From an uncultured Gemmatimonadaceae bacterium (lineage in GTDB: Bacteria > Gemmatimonadota > Gemmatimonadetes > Gemmatimonadales > Gemmatimonadaceae), in NCBI GenBank assembly GCA_963781585.1, contig CAWAGQ010000011.1, positions 224,001-288,000 on the forward strand: a stretch of DNA of 64,000 bases. Reading direction: 5' to 3'. How positions within the stretch are numbered: the stretch's first letter is position 1; every line of letters starts with the position of its first letter. Shown here piece after piece: positions 45,005 through 55,721 of this stretch. The translations under genes and the position numbers were made by a program. The notes under the pieces were generated by a model that had not been told where the DNA came from, did no database searches, and was given only the letters and a program-made list of their open reading frames with translations.

Positions 45005-45379
45005 TCAGGCAGGCGCGGGCGTGGCGCGCATCACGCGTGCGACGGCGGCGACGTAGTCGTTCCAGGACGCCGTCTCGCTGCGCAGGGCGCGCCGTCCCGC
45101 CGTGGTGAGGCGATAGAACCTGGCGCGCTTGCCTTTCTCGGAGGTGCCCCATTCCGACTCCACCCAGCCGCGCTCTTCCATGCGGTGCAGGGAGGTGTAG
45201 AGCGCGCCGTCGAGCACCTTGAACGATCCGTCGGAGCCGCTGCGGATGAAGCGTGCGACGGCGTAGCCGTGCATCGGACCCCAGGAGAGGGCGCGGAGGA
45301 CGAGCACGTCGAGGGTGCCCTGGAGGAGGTCAAGCTCGGGCGGTGACTGGGGTAGGGGCGGGGGCGGGGGCGGGTTCAT
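45005..45379 (-). CDS. PadR-family transcriptional regulator
   Basis: LLQGTLDVLVL..MHGY..GALYTSLHRME. Upstream TCAA-GTG-TTGA palindrome at about 45411-45421. Confidence 0.93.
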   Translation of the reverse strand: MNPPPPPPLPQSPPELDLLQGTLDVLVLRALSWGPMHGYAVARFIRSGSDGSFKVLDGALYTSLHRMEERGWVESEWGTSEKGKRARFYRLTTAGRRALRSETASWNDYVAAVARVMRATPAPA

Positions 45380-45620
45380 GCCGCGATGATAGCGTCGCGC
45401 GCTGATTCCATCAAGTGTTGAGTGAATAACAACGGGCGTGGTTGAGGAGGTGTGGCGGGGAAGCGAGCCGGGCTGGCGTTCCTTCTGCCGGCGGCGATAA
45501 TCACGACCAGGCCCCGATGCCAGGAGCGTCTGACGTGCAGTGCCGGGAACCCATGCGCCTGCATTCGTGCACCGCCGGACTCACGTCCGGGCTTCCGTCC
45601 ATGCACGGATTCACCGCGCC

Positions 45621-46313
45621 ATGACCACCGAGGCCTTCGGCACCAGAGTCCTCTCCTTCTATAGAAGTCTCCGGACACCGCGCGCGCTGCCCCGCGGGGT
45701 CGGAGTGCTGTCTCCATATCGCGAGCCCGTCGTGCGCGAATGCATGGAGCGCTTCTACACGGCGTTCTTCTCCGACGCGCGCGAACGGGTGTTCGTGCTC
45801 GGCATCAATCCCGGCCGGTTTGGCGCCGGTGTCACCGGCATCACCTTCACCGATCCGGTGGCGCTCGAGGAGTACTGTGGCATCCCGAACCCGTTGCCGA
45901 AGCGACGCGAGCTCTCGTCACGCTTCCTCTACGACTTCATCGAGCACTGCGGTGGCGCGACCGCGTTCTACCGGGCGTTCTTCCTCACGGCAGTCTGTCC
46001 GGTGGGATTCACGCGCGGTGGACTCAACCTGAACTACTACGATGAGGCAGCGCTCATGGCCGCCGTGCGGCCGTACATCGTTCGCACGCTCAATCGCCAG
46101 CTCGCGCTGGGCGCGCGGCGCGGCACCGCGATCGTGCTGGGGGCGGGGCGCAACCACGCGCTGCTGGCTGCTCTCAACGAGGAGCACGGGTTCTTCCGCA
46201 CGATCATCCCCATCGAACATCCGCGCTTCATCATGCAGTACCGGCGGAAGCGGGTGGGCGAGTACCTGAAGCGATACCACGAGGCGTTTCGGCGAGCGTT
46301 GGACGGAGCGTGA
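45621..46313 (+). CDS. SMUG2/DUF4918-like uracil-DNA glycosylase family protein
   Basis: LGINPGRFGAGVTGITFTDP, RELSS, NLNYYD, EHPRFIMQY. Confidence 0.85.
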   Translation: MTTEAFGTRVLSFYRSLRTPRALPRGVGVLSPYREPVVRECMERFYTAFFSDARERVFVLGINPGRFGAGVTGITFTDPVALEEYCGIPNPLPKRRELSSRFLYDFIEHCGGATAFYRAFFLTAVCPVGFTRGGLNLNYYDEAALMAAVRPYIVRTLNRQLALGARRGTAIVLGAGRNHALLAALNEEHGFFRTIIPIEHPRFIMQYRRKRVGEYLKRYHEAFRRALDGA

Positions 46314-46600
46314 GAGAGCCGCTGCGATTGAGGGTCGCTCCGCGTGGCGCCGGAGCAGCTCGTCGGCGATATCCCGACACACCGGGCCGTCCTCGTTGTC
46401 ACTGGGTAACGGGGATGCGCGATCCCTTCGATGCCGCGTCCAGCGTCGTATCGTCCACCTGTCACACTCGACAGGCAGAATCTTCTCTGGCGCATTGGGC
46501 CCAATGCCGCACATTGCGTGGAGGAGGTGAACGATTCGGCGTTGCGAGGCCAAGCTCGCACCGCGCCGGTCCATCGATCTACGGGGAAGCGGGGCGTCAG

Positions 46601-49600
46601 ATGGCTCGACGATACCTCGGACTATTGCTGTTCTGGTGCGTGACCGCGGGTTCGCGAGCGGCAGCACAGCATCCGCTGCGCGTACTCGAGTTCCGGCCCG
46701 GAGCGAGCGCCGCGCCCGGCGACGTCTTCACCATCACGTTCGATCGGCCGGTGGCGGGGATGATCGAGCAGACATTCGATCCGGCACGCGTCGTGACGAT
46801 CGTGCCGGACATCCCCCTGCGGGTCGAATGGCGGGATCCAGCCACGATTCGCGTCGCGCCGTTGACGTTGCTCAGCGCGGGACGCGAGTACGTTCTCCAG
46901 GTCGACACGACGTTTGCCGCGGTGGACGGCGCGCGACTCGACGCGCCGGCGCAGTTCCGCATCCGGGTGCACGGTCCGCGGCTCATGGCGTCCATTCCCC
47001 GGTTCGTTGCAGCGCGAGACGCACCAACGCTCACTCCTGACGGCCAGCTCCGCTTCGCCTACAGCGCGCCGATCGACAGTGCCGCGTTCGGGCGCGTGGT
47101 GCGCGTGGAGATCACCCGTGACGGCGACTGCTCCGCGGCCGCAATTCCGTTTCGGGTGATCTCGCAGCGCCTCCCGACCGATGCGGATTACTGGGTCCCG
47201 CGTTCCTATCCGCGCGACTCGGTGCGGGATCGCTTTCTGCGCGTGGTCGAGATGCGACCGGAGGTCCCGCTGCCCGATGGCTGCACCGGTGAGATCTCGC
47301 TCCCGTCGCTGGATTCGCTCGACGCCCGCGTAGTCCGCTATCCGATTCATACGGCAGCCCCGTTCCAGCTCGCTCCGATCGCATGTCTGGGATTCGACTG
47401 CGTTTCGGGCGCCGGCATCGCGCTCCGCTTCTCGGCCCTGGTTCGCGTCGACGAGCTGCGCGCGCACGTGCACTTCGAGCCCTCGGACGCATTCACGCCG
47501 TCGTGGCCGGACGGAGTGGCGGGAGGGCGGTCCACGCCGAGCGTGCAGTATCTGACCGTGGTCACGCGGTTCGAGCCGCGGCAGTCCTATCGCGTGCTGA
47601 TCGACTCGACGCTGCGGGATGTCTACGACCGGCCGTTTGCCGGTGCGCGGGTGGTTCCCATCGCGTCGGGGGATCGAGCGGCCGGGGCAGGTCACTTTGC
47701 GGGCATGGTGACGCTGCCGCGCGACGTCGCACCCGTCCTTCGCGTGCGACACGTGAACGTGGACACGGTCGAACTGATCCTGACTCCGGTACCCGACGGC
47801 AAGCGGGCGGAGAGGTTGTTAGGCAGAGCGGACGGCCGCACGGCGCGCGCGCCGACGATCCGGCGCACGGTGGTGCTGCACGCCCCCTTCAATGAAGTGC
47901 GGGTGACCGACGTTTCGCTGCCCGAGCTCGCGGATCGATACCATGACGGCCTCCTGGGCGTCCAGGTGCGCGTGCGGCATCTGATGACGCTTGGCGGGCG
48001 GCTGGCTCAGGCGGCGGCGGCGGGGATCGTGAAGGGCCAGGACACGGTGCCGACACCGATGGCGCTGTTCCAGCGCTCGAATCTTGCGGTGCACGCGGTG
48101 GTGGGCGAATCGGAGGGCGCCGTGTTCGTCACCGACGTGCGGACGGGGAGGCCCGTCCAGGACGCCGAGGCGCGATTGATGGACCGAACGGGAGCTATTC
48201 AGGCGAGTGGCACCAGCGACGCCAGGGGTGTGGCAGTGCTTCGGCCGCTTCGCGCCGGCCCGGTGCGGACTCCCGATGATCCCGACGGCAACCCCTGGGC
48301 CTGGCAGCGTCGGATGGAGGCGAGCCGCGTGGTCGAGGTGGCGGCGCGCGGGGATCGGGTGATCACGTCGGTGGGAGGCGACGACGACCTCGGGGTCGCG
48401 GCCGCATGGTCGAGCTACGGCTCGTGGGTCATGAGTCCCTCACCGAGTCACGCAGCAGTATTCACCGATCGGGGGATCTATCGCCCGGGTGAGCCGGTGT
48501 TCGCCGCGGCCGTGTTGCGCGATGGGCCGCTCGCGAATCTGCGTGCGCCGGAGCGCGGCACGCGGGTGCGGTGGCGGGTGATCGGGTTCACCCCCGAGAA
48601 GGGGTGGAGCACCGTGCGCGAAACCGTCCGCACGCTCGGGGCGTTCGGAACTGCGACGGATTCCTTTCAGGTGATGCCTGACGCGGCGCTTGGCGGCTAT
48701 CAGCTGCAGGCGGCGGTCCGCGTCGGTGGGGGGTGGGAGACGCTCGGCTCGGCGAGTTACCGCGTGGCGGAATATCGCGCCCCCGAGTTCCTGGCGAAGC
48801 TCGTCCCGGACAGCGGCGTCCGGTTCCTTGGCGACACAGCGCGCGCAGCGCTTTCGGCGCGGTTTCTGTTCGATGCCCCGATGCCCTACGCGCGGGTCAG
48901 GTGGCGGGGGACGTTCACGCCGCTGACGGCCGCCGACGTGACCATCCCCAACGTTCCGCGAGGGTTCTCGATCGGGGATCAGAGACCGTGGTGGGACCCG
49001 TCGGCACAGCAATCCGCGCGCTCCGTATCCGGCGTCGATTCGCTCGATATTGGCGGCCACCTGTCGTTGCGCATCCCAACGGCCAACATCGACATGCGCA
49101 CCGGGGCGCGGCTCCGATACGAGGTCGCGGTGGAGGACGTGAACCGACAGACGGTCACCGCCAGCGCGACGCAGCTCCTGCACGCGGCCTCGTTCTATCT
49201 GGCGCTCCGGGATGCCGGCCGGACGTACTGGTGGAACACCGGCGTACCCCGCCGGGTTGAGGTCCTTGCCGTGCGGCCAGACGGCCGGCGGGTCGCCGGT
49301 GTGCCGGTGCGGGTCGCACTCGTGAGGCATCGGTACGAGGAAGATCAGCCCGGTGGGCGACCCACCGGTCGCTGGCGGTGGATCCAGGACACGGTTCGAA
49401 TCGACTCGGTGGTGACGGCGGATACCGCCGTGGGGCTCGACGTCCGGGCGCCGAACGGGGGCTATCACACCATCGTGGTCACCGCGCGTGACGACGCCAG
49501 GCGGCCGGTACGCGCCAGCCTCGCCCGGTACGTACTCGGCGGCGGCGGGGTGCGGTGGGGCGACTCGCCAACGAGGCTCGATCTGGTGGTGTCAACCGAA

Positions 49601-52480
49601 GAACAACGCGTTGGGGACACCGCGACGGTTGCGTTCGTGTCGCCGTTCGATTCGGCGGAAGCCTGGGTGACGGTGGAGCGGGAGACCGTGCTCTGGCAGC
49701 GGCGGATGACGGTGGCCGCGGGGCCGGCCACGGTGGCGATACCGATCACCGAGCCCTTCGTGCCTAACGTCTTCGTGTCGGTGCTGCTGGTGAATCATGG
49801 GAATGCGGCACGCCTGGACTCGCTCCAGCAGCGGATGCGGCGCGGAAGCGCCGCGATCCGCGTCGACCCCGCGCCGAAGCGCCTGGACGTGCGGGTTCAG
49901 CCGGAGCGCGCTGAGTACGGCCCAGGCGACAGCGCGGCCGTGGTCGTACGGGTGGGCGATCACGCCGGACGAGCTGTGCCGGGTGCGGTTGCGGTGTGGG
50001 CCGTGGACGAAGGCGTCCTCGCCCTGACCGGGTATGAGCGGCCCGATCCGGTGGCCGTAATCTTCCATCCCGTCGCCCCGGGCCTGCGTCACGCGACGAC
50101 CCTCACGATGCTGCCCACCGGCGACCCGACGTTCCTGCGGCGGATGATCGGTTACGACGTGAACGGAAAGCCGGTGGTGAACCTTCTGAGTGAAGTCGTG
50201 ACGACGGGCGCGGCGGTTGCCAGCGAGGCAAGGCGGTTGGTCGACGCGACGTCGCCTGATGCCGCCATCGAGGCACTCCGGTCGGACTTCCGAACCACCG
50301 CGTTCTTCCGGGCGTTCGTGCGCACCGGCGCCGATGGCTCGGCGCGGGTCGCCTTCAGGCTGCCCGACAACGTCACGACGTTCCGGGTGATTGCGGTGGC
50401 GGCGTCGCAGGGCGACCGGTTCGGCAGCGGCGAGTCGCCGCTGGTATCGACCAAAGCGCTGGTGATCCGCGCCGCGCTGCCACGCTTCGTACGGCCGGGC
50501 GACGAGTTCGTTGCCGGCGGCGTGGTGAACGCGCGCGACGGGCGCATCAGCGACATCGACGTGAGCGCGAGCGCGGCCGGCATGGCGCTGGTCGGTGACA
50601 GCACGCACCACCTTGCTCTGGCCGCGTCGGGAAGCGAGGCGCGTTTTCACTGGCGCGTACCGGAAGGCGACTCGGTCCGGGTCCGGCTTGCGGTTCGCGC
50701 CGCGGCGTCGCGCGACGCGGTGAGCGTGCGGCTGGCGATTCGGCCGGACTACACGCCCCGCGCACACACGCTGGCCGGCGTGGTCCGCGACAGCGCACGG
50801 GTGCAGTTCGTGCTGCCGGCTGGAATCGATGCTGGGCGCTCGCGCCTGACGATACGCGTGGGTTCCTCGCCGATGCCCACCATCGAGATGGCGGGGCAGT
50901 ATCTCACGTCGTACCCATATCTCTGCACCGAGCAGCTGATGAGTGCCGGCAACTATCTCGTCTCGCAGCTCGAGCTGGATGCCGCGGGCGCCGCCAAGGC
51001 GCGGGACGCCAAGGGGATGCGCCGACAACTGCAGGAGGTCGTCGACCAGCTGGCCAAGCGGCAGACCGCGGCCGGCGGATTCGGATACTGGTCGCGCGAC
51101 GGGTGGACGACCACCTGGCTCAGCGCGAACACCGGATTGTTCCTGACCGCTGCCAGGGATCGCGGCGCGCACGTCGGCGTCGACGTGTTCGCGCGATTGA
51201 CAAAGTACCTGATCGACTCGCTGGCCCTGATGCCGGTGATGCCCGACACCACCTACGGCACCCGCACCGAGCGGTGGCTGACGACGTCGGCGCAATTGAG
51301 CGACCGACTGGCCACGGCACAGTATCTTGCGCGTGTGCACGATGCCCGCGGAGCACGGGCGGCGCTCGAGCTCGTGCCCGTCGCGCATCGCCTCTGGTGG
51401 GAGGACCGTATCTGGCTGGCGCAGCTGCTGTACGGTGTCGGGCACGAGCGGGAGGCACGCACGCTGCTGGACAGCGCGTGGACGAGGGTAACCATGGCAG
51501 GGGCGCGCGTGGACATTCCCGACTCGCTGGTCAACACGGGACTGTTTCCGTCACGAATCCGTCCGGCCGCGCGGCTGCTCTCGGCGACGCTCGCGATCGA
51601 CCCCGGGAACGAGCGGACAGGCGCGCTGGTGGAGCGCATCGTGCAGCGTGCGCGCAGCCAATCGGTGTGGTGGTGGAACACGCAGGACTACGCCGCGGCC
51701 GCGCACGCGCTGTCGGAATTCACGATGCGGCTGCCCGCGCGATCGGTGGAGGTGACGGTGCGTTCCGGTCTGGGGGAAGTGCGATCGAACGTGCTTGCGA
51801 CCGTCGCGGCGTCGCGGAGAGACGCCCGCGACACGACCGTGGCGCTCAGCGGGCTGGTCGAGGCACGCGGCGATTCGGTGTGGGTGCCGCTGACGCTCAC
51901 GGCCGCCAATGGGCCTGTGTACTACGCGCTGACCGTCGAGGAGGTCCCGCTCGAGCGGCCGACCACGCCCGATGTGCGGGGCATCTCGGTGGAGCGCTGG
52001 TACGAGCGCTTCGATGACGGTCGCCCGGTCACCGAATTGCGTGAGGGCGAGCTGGTACGCGTACGGCTGCGGGTCACGGTGCCCGGTGATCGCGAGTTCG
52101 TGGCGCTCGAGGACCCGCTGCCGGCCGGACTGGAAGCGGTGGATCTCTCGCTGCGCACGTCGGGCACGTTAGGCCCGTTCACCACGCCGGCCAGCGACAG
52201 CGCGCGGCGCGCGCGCGACCGGCAGGCGATGGGGCCGTCGCTGTTCGGCGCCTGGGACAACGGCTGGTGGACGCCGTGGGAGCACACGGAAATGCGGGAC
52301 GATCGCGTGGTGTACTTCGCGCGGTTTCTGTGGCGCGGGACGTACACGGCCACGTATGTGGCCCGCGCGACGACCAGCGGCCGCTTCGTGCGCGTGCCGG
52401 CGCACGCCGAGGAGATGTACAATCCCGCGCTCAGCGGGCGGAGCGAAGGGGGATGGTTCCGGGTGGTGGAGCGGCGCTGA
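46601..52480 (+). CDS. Bacterial alpha-2-macroglobulin family protein
   Basis: FTDRGIYRPGE, VAEYRAPEF, AVDEGVL, LRSDF, LPDNVTTFR, thioester YPYLCTEQ, DPLPAGLE, AEEMY. Confidence 0.93.
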   Translation: MARRYLGLLLFWCVTAGSRAAAQHPLRVLEFRPGASAAPGDVFTITFDRPVAGMIEQTFDPARVVTIVPDIPLRVEWRDPATIRVAPLTLLSAGREYVLQVDTTFAAVDGARLDAPAQFRIRVHGPRLMASIPRFVAARDAPTLTPDGQLRFAYSAPIDSAAFGRVVRVEITRDGDCSAAAIPFRVISQRLPTDADYWVPRSYPRDSVRDRFLRVVEMRPEVPLPDGCTGEISLPSLDSLDARVVRYPIHTAAPFQLAPIACLGFDCVSGAGIALRFSALVRVDELRAHVHFEPSDAFTPSWPDGVAGGRSTPSVQYLTVVTRFEPRQSYRVLIDSTLRDVYDRPFAGARVVPIASGDRAAGAGHFAGMVTLPRDVAPVLRVRHVNVDTVELILTPVPDGKRAERLLGRADGRTARAPTIRRTVVLHAPFNEVRVTDVSLPELADRYHDGLLGVQVRVRHLMTLGGRLAQAAAAGIVKGQDTVPTPMALFQRSNLAVHAVVGESEGAVFVTDVRTGRPVQDAEARLMDRTGAIQASGTSDARGVAVLRPLRAGPVRTPDDPDGNPWAWQRRMEASRVVEVAARGDRVITSVGGDDDLGVAAAWSSYGSWVMSPSPSHAAVFTDRGIYRPGEPVFAAAVLRDGPLANLRAPERGTRVRWRVIGFTPEKGWSTVRETVRTLGAFGTATDSFQVMPDAALGGYQLQAAVRVGGGWETLGSASYRVAEYRAPEFLAKLVPDSGVRFLGDTARAALSARFLFDAPMPYARVRWRGTFTPLTAADVTIPNVPRGFSIGDQRPWWDPSAQQSARSVSGVDSLDIGGHLSLRIPTANIDMRTGARLRYEVAVEDVNRQTVTASATQLLHAASFYLALRDAGRTYWWNTGVPRRVEVLAVRPDGRRVAGVPVRVALVRHRYEEDQPGGRPTGRWRWIQDTVRIDSVVTADTAVGLDVRAPNGGYHTIVVTARDDARRPVRASLARYVLGGGGVRWGDSPTRLDLVVSTEEQRVGDTATVAFVSPFDSAEAWVTVERETVLWQRRMTVAAGPATVAIPITEPFVPNVFVSVLLVNHGNAARLDSLQQRMRRGSAAIRVDPAPKRLDVRVQPERAEYGPGDSAAVVVRVGDHAGRAVPGAVAVWAVDEGVLALTGYERPDPVAVIFHPVAPGLRHATTLTMLPTGDPTFLRRMIGYDVNGKPVVNLLSEVVTTGAAVASEARRLVDATSPDAAIEALRSDFRTTAFFRAFVRTGADGSARVAFRLPDNVTTFRVIAVAASQGDRFGSGESPLVSTKALVIRAALPRFVRPGDEFVAGGVVNARDGRISDIDVSASAAGMALVGDSTHHLALAASGSEARFHWRVPEGDSVRVRLAVRAAASRDAVSVRLAIRPDYTPRAHTLAGVVRDSARVQFVLPAGIDAGRSRLTIRVGSSPMPTIEMAGQYLTSYPYLCTEQLMSAGNYLVSQLELDAAGAAKARDAKGMRRQLQEVVDQLAKRQTAAGGFGYWSRDGWTTTWLSANTGLFLTAARDRGAHVGVDVFARLTKYLIDSLALMPVMPDTTYGTRTERWLTTSAQLSDRLATAQYLARVHDARGARAALELVPVAHRLWWEDRIWLAQLLYGVGHEREARTLLDSAWTRVTMAGARVDIPDSLVNTGLFPSRIRPAARLLSATLAIDPGNERTGALVERIVQRARSQSVWWWNTQDYAAAAHALSEFTMRLPARSVEVTVRSGLGEVRSNVLATVAASRRDARDTTVALSGLVEARGDSVWVPLTLTAANGPVYYALTVEEVPLERPTTPDVRGISVERWYERFDDGRPVTELREGELVRVRLRVTVPGDREFVALEDPLPAGLEAVDLSLRTSGTLGPFTTPASDSARRARDRQAMGPSLFGAWDNGWWTPWEHTEMRDDRVVYFARFLWRGTYTATYVARATTSGRFVRVPAHAEEMYNPALSGRSEGGWFRVVERR

Positions 52481-52659
52481 GGTGACGCTACGCCTTGTCG
52501 TCGAGAACGCCGCAAAACAATGGCGGCAGGTCGATCAGGAGTGGCTCCGGCGCGCCGGCGGGTTGCCACGTCAGGCGCTCGTCGAGCACCTCGGGGCGAT
52601 CGTCCTGCGGACGCCACCGTTCGAGCAGCTGCGCATCCTGATCGACGAGCAGTACTCCA

Positions 52660-53471
52660 CTACTGCTCGCGTAATGCCTCGACCGGATCCACCCGTGCGG
52701 CGCGCCAGGCCGGGATCAGGCCGGCGCCAAGCGCTACGCCGCCGAGCACCAGGACGGCCATGGCGTACACCCCGGGATCCGCAGGCTGCATTCCATATAG
52801 AAGGGTGGTCACCAGTCTGGTCGATGCCAGCGCGCCCGCCGTGCCGATGAGCACACCGAGCACGATGAGTACGGCGACCTCGCTCAGGACCATCCGCACC
52901 ACGCGCGCGTGCAGCGCGCCGAGTGCGATGCGAACGCCGATCTCGCCGCGCCGCCGCGCCACGGCGTACGACATCACGCCGTAGAGGCCAAGGATCGCCA
53001 GCGTCAGCGCCAGCACTCCGAACAGCCCGGAGAGCAGCGCGAGCATACGCTCGCGCTGCAGGGAGTCGGACAGCTGGTGCGCCATCGTTCGAATGTCGCC
53101 ACGGGGAGCGGGCGCAGCACGAGGGCGTCGAGCAGTGTGAAAATGGTCGTATTCGCGCCGATGCCGAGGGCAAGCGATCCGACGGCGACGAGCGTGAAGG
53201 CGGGGGAATGCCGGAGCGCGCGGAACGCGTATCGGAGGTCGGCGGCGACCGACTGGATCCAGGCGGGGATGTCGGCGTCGCGCGTGCGCTCGTGGAGTGC
53301 CGTCCGGTTCCCGAACTGACGGCGCGCGAGCGCCTGGGCTTCAGGCGCGGAAAGCCCGCCCGCGCGCAGATCTTCCGCGCGTTCGCTCAAGTGGAATGCC
53401 ATCTCGCGCTCGATGTCGCGCGAGACCCGATTCGACCGCAGGAAGTTGAAGAGGCGATGGTACCAGGCCAT
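52660..53471 (-). pseudogene. ADOP permease with a large internal deletion
   Basis: The N-terminus (..VLRPLPV) is joined out of frame near 53100 to the C-terminal [28 protein letters not shown]. Confidence 0.85.
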
Positions 53472-53861
53472 GGCGACGTTACCCGATGCCGTTCCCGGTG
53501 CGCGTCACAGAGTGGAATGCGCGCCAAGTATAGCTAGCTATGTATTGTAAATAGAACAGCGGCTTCCCGGCGTCAACCGGGGTCGCGACGGCTGCCCACG
53601 TACCGCCGCCACTGCAGGCGTGACCAGCACGACCGTGGAGGAAACGTGAGGGACGCCGAGGAAGGGCGACGACTCGCGGAATGCGGCGTGTTGCCGGAAT
53701 CGCTCAGGGCCGTGGCCGTTTGCGCGGCCCGTCGCGGAGAAGTGCGTCGATCCGCCGCCGTAGCTGTCAGCCAGATGACAGCACGTTGCGCGCCTTACGC
53801 CGGATGCGTTGATTGCGCGCATCGACTCCGTCTGGGGTTGATCCCGACGCCATGACCCCGA

Positions 53862-54782
53862 ATGCCTGACGAGACCCGGCGCCCCTGGCTGTGGATTGCG
53901 GTGCTCGGCATCGTGATCGTCGCCCTGTTCTGGCCCGCCTCCGGAACGAGCGCGGCCGCCCGCTTCTACGCGTCGCTCCGGATCGAAAAGCCGAAACCGG
54001 TGACCGCCGGCATCGCCGCGCCGCCGGGGACGAATCCGAATCGCGCGCTGCAGACGCTGGTCGGGGCGATGCTCGCCGAGAGCGTAACCGTGACGCTCGA
54101 CGAGCTTGACGAGTCGGTGCCGGACACGGGGGCCGCGAACCGGCGCGCTGGCTTCGCGGCGGCGCTTCCGTCCGGGCGAACGGACGGGCCGGTCCTGACG
54201 GTGGTGGGCGCGCATGCGATCCGGATGAAAGTGAACCGCGCCCAATTGCGGACGACGCTGGTGCAGGCGGGGATGGGCCGGACCGCGCTGGCACCCACGA
54301 TCGATGGCGCGACCGCCACGTTCAGCAATCCCCGCGCGATTCGCGCCCAGTTCGGCCATTGTCCCGAGCCGGTCGCGAACACGCTGACCGCACAGCTGCA
54401 GGGGCCGCCGCCGACCTCCACCGACTATGGCACCTGTGTCGTACTCATCGAGAGCGCGCCCACCACGGCCGAGATCCCGACCGGACTCGACGTGGGTCAA
54501 CTGGTCGAGGTCGCGCTCGAGCTTTCGGGGATGAGTCCCATCCAGGTGCAGGCGTTCCAGGCGCGCTTCGGCTGGCAGTCGGCACTGAGCCTCGTCCTGC
54601 CGCGATTCATGCGGTCGTACGACACCGTTCAGGTCGCGGGGGCGCGCGGCATGCTGCTCAACACCGCGGGAAGACGTGGCCCCACGTACACGCTGCTGTG
54701 GGAGAGCGATGGCCGCGTGTACACGCTGACGGGCTACGGCAGCGCCGCCGACGCGGTGCCACTCGCCAGCTCATTACGCTGA
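53862..54782 (+). CDS. Membrane-anchored hypothetical protein (anti-sigma extracytoplasmic-domain-like), first gene of an ABC operon
   Basis: Single N-terminal TM helix; C-terminal LLWESDGRVYTLTG; tightly linked to the ABC genes. Confidence 0.55.
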   Translation: MPDETRRPWLWIAVLGIVIVALFWPASGTSAAARFYASLRIEKPKPVTAGIAAPPGTNPNRALQTLVGAMLAESVTVTLDELDESVPDTGAANRRAGFAAALPSGRTDGPVLTVVGAHAIRMKVNRAQLRTTLVQAGMGRTALAPTIDGATATFSNPRAIRAQFGHCPEPVANTLTAQLQGPPPTSTDYGTCVVLIESAPTTAEIPTGLDVGQLVEVALELSGMSPIQVQAFQARFGWQSALSLVLPRFMRSYDTVQVAGARGMLLNTAGRRGPTYTLLWESDGRVYTLTGYGSAADAVPLASSLR

Positions 54783-54794
54783 CCGGGTGACGGC

Positions 54795-55721
54795 GTGAGC
54801 GGATCCTCCGACTACGCGATACAGACCGAGTCGCTGCGCAAGGTGTTCGGCGCGCAGGTGGCGGTTCGCGACCTGTCGCTCACGGTGCCGCGCGGGGAGA
54901 TCTTCGGGTTTCTCGGTCCCAACGGTGCGGGGAAGAGCACGTCGATCAAGATGCTCCTGGGGCTGGTGCATCCCACCAGCGGGCGCGCACAGGTCCTCGG
55001 CCGGCCGGCGACCGATGTTGCGGTGCGCCGCGCGATCGGCTTTCTCCCCGAAGACTTCCGCTTCTACGACTGGCTCACCGCGGCCGAGTTGCTGCGCTTT
55101 CATGCGCGCCTGTGCGGCATGCCTGACGCGCGGAGCCGGGTGCGCGTGCCGGCGATGCTCGATCTGGTGGGGCTCACGGCGCACGCCGATCGGCGGCTGC
55201 GTGGATTCTCCAAGGGGATGCTGCAACGCCTGGGGCTCGCGCAGGCGCTGGTGCACGAGCCGGAGCTCGTCTTTCTCGACGAGCCGACGTCCGGGCTCGA
55301 CCCGATGGGGCGGCGACTGGTGCGCGACATTCTGCGGGCCGAGCGGGAGCGGGGCGCCACGGTGTTCCTCAACTCGCACCTGCTGAGCGAGATCGAGATT
55401 ACGTGCGACCGCGTGGCCTTCATCAAGGACGGCGCGGTGGTGGGCGGCCATGACCTGCACGGATCGACCGACGACGAGTTGCGCGTTACGGTGGAGGCGC
55501 GCAACGTCACCACGGCCGCGCTGGCGGGACTGGCGGCCTGGTCAAGCGACGCGCGGCTGGTCGAGGAGCGGCTCGCGTTCACCGTGCTCTCCCGGGATGC
55601 GCTGCCGCAGATCGTGCGACATCTGGCCTCGTCAGGCGCCGACATCTACCGGGTGGTGCCGGAGCGCACGTCACTGGAGGAGCTGTTCGTCCGGATCGTG
55701 GGGGAGGACCAGGGCCGGTGA
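54795..55721 (+). CDS. ABC transporter ATP-binding protein (ABC-2 type)
   Basis: GPNGAGKS, FSKGM, LDEPTSGLD, NSH. Confidence 0.95.
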   Translation: MSGSSDYAIQTESLRKVFGAQVAVRDLSLTVPRGEIFGFLGPNGAGKSTSIKMLLGLVHPTSGRAQVLGRPATDVAVRRAIGFLPEDFRFYDWLTAAELLRFHARLCGMPDARSRVRVPAMLDLVGLTAHADRRLRGFSKGMLQRLGLAQALVHEPELVFLDEPTSGLDPMGRRLVRDILRAERERGATVFLNSHLLSEIEITCDRVAFIKDGAVVGGHDLHGSTDDELRVTVEARNVTTAALAGLAAWSSDARLVEERLAFTVLSRDALPQIVRHLASSGADIYRVVPERTSLEELFVRIVGEDQGR

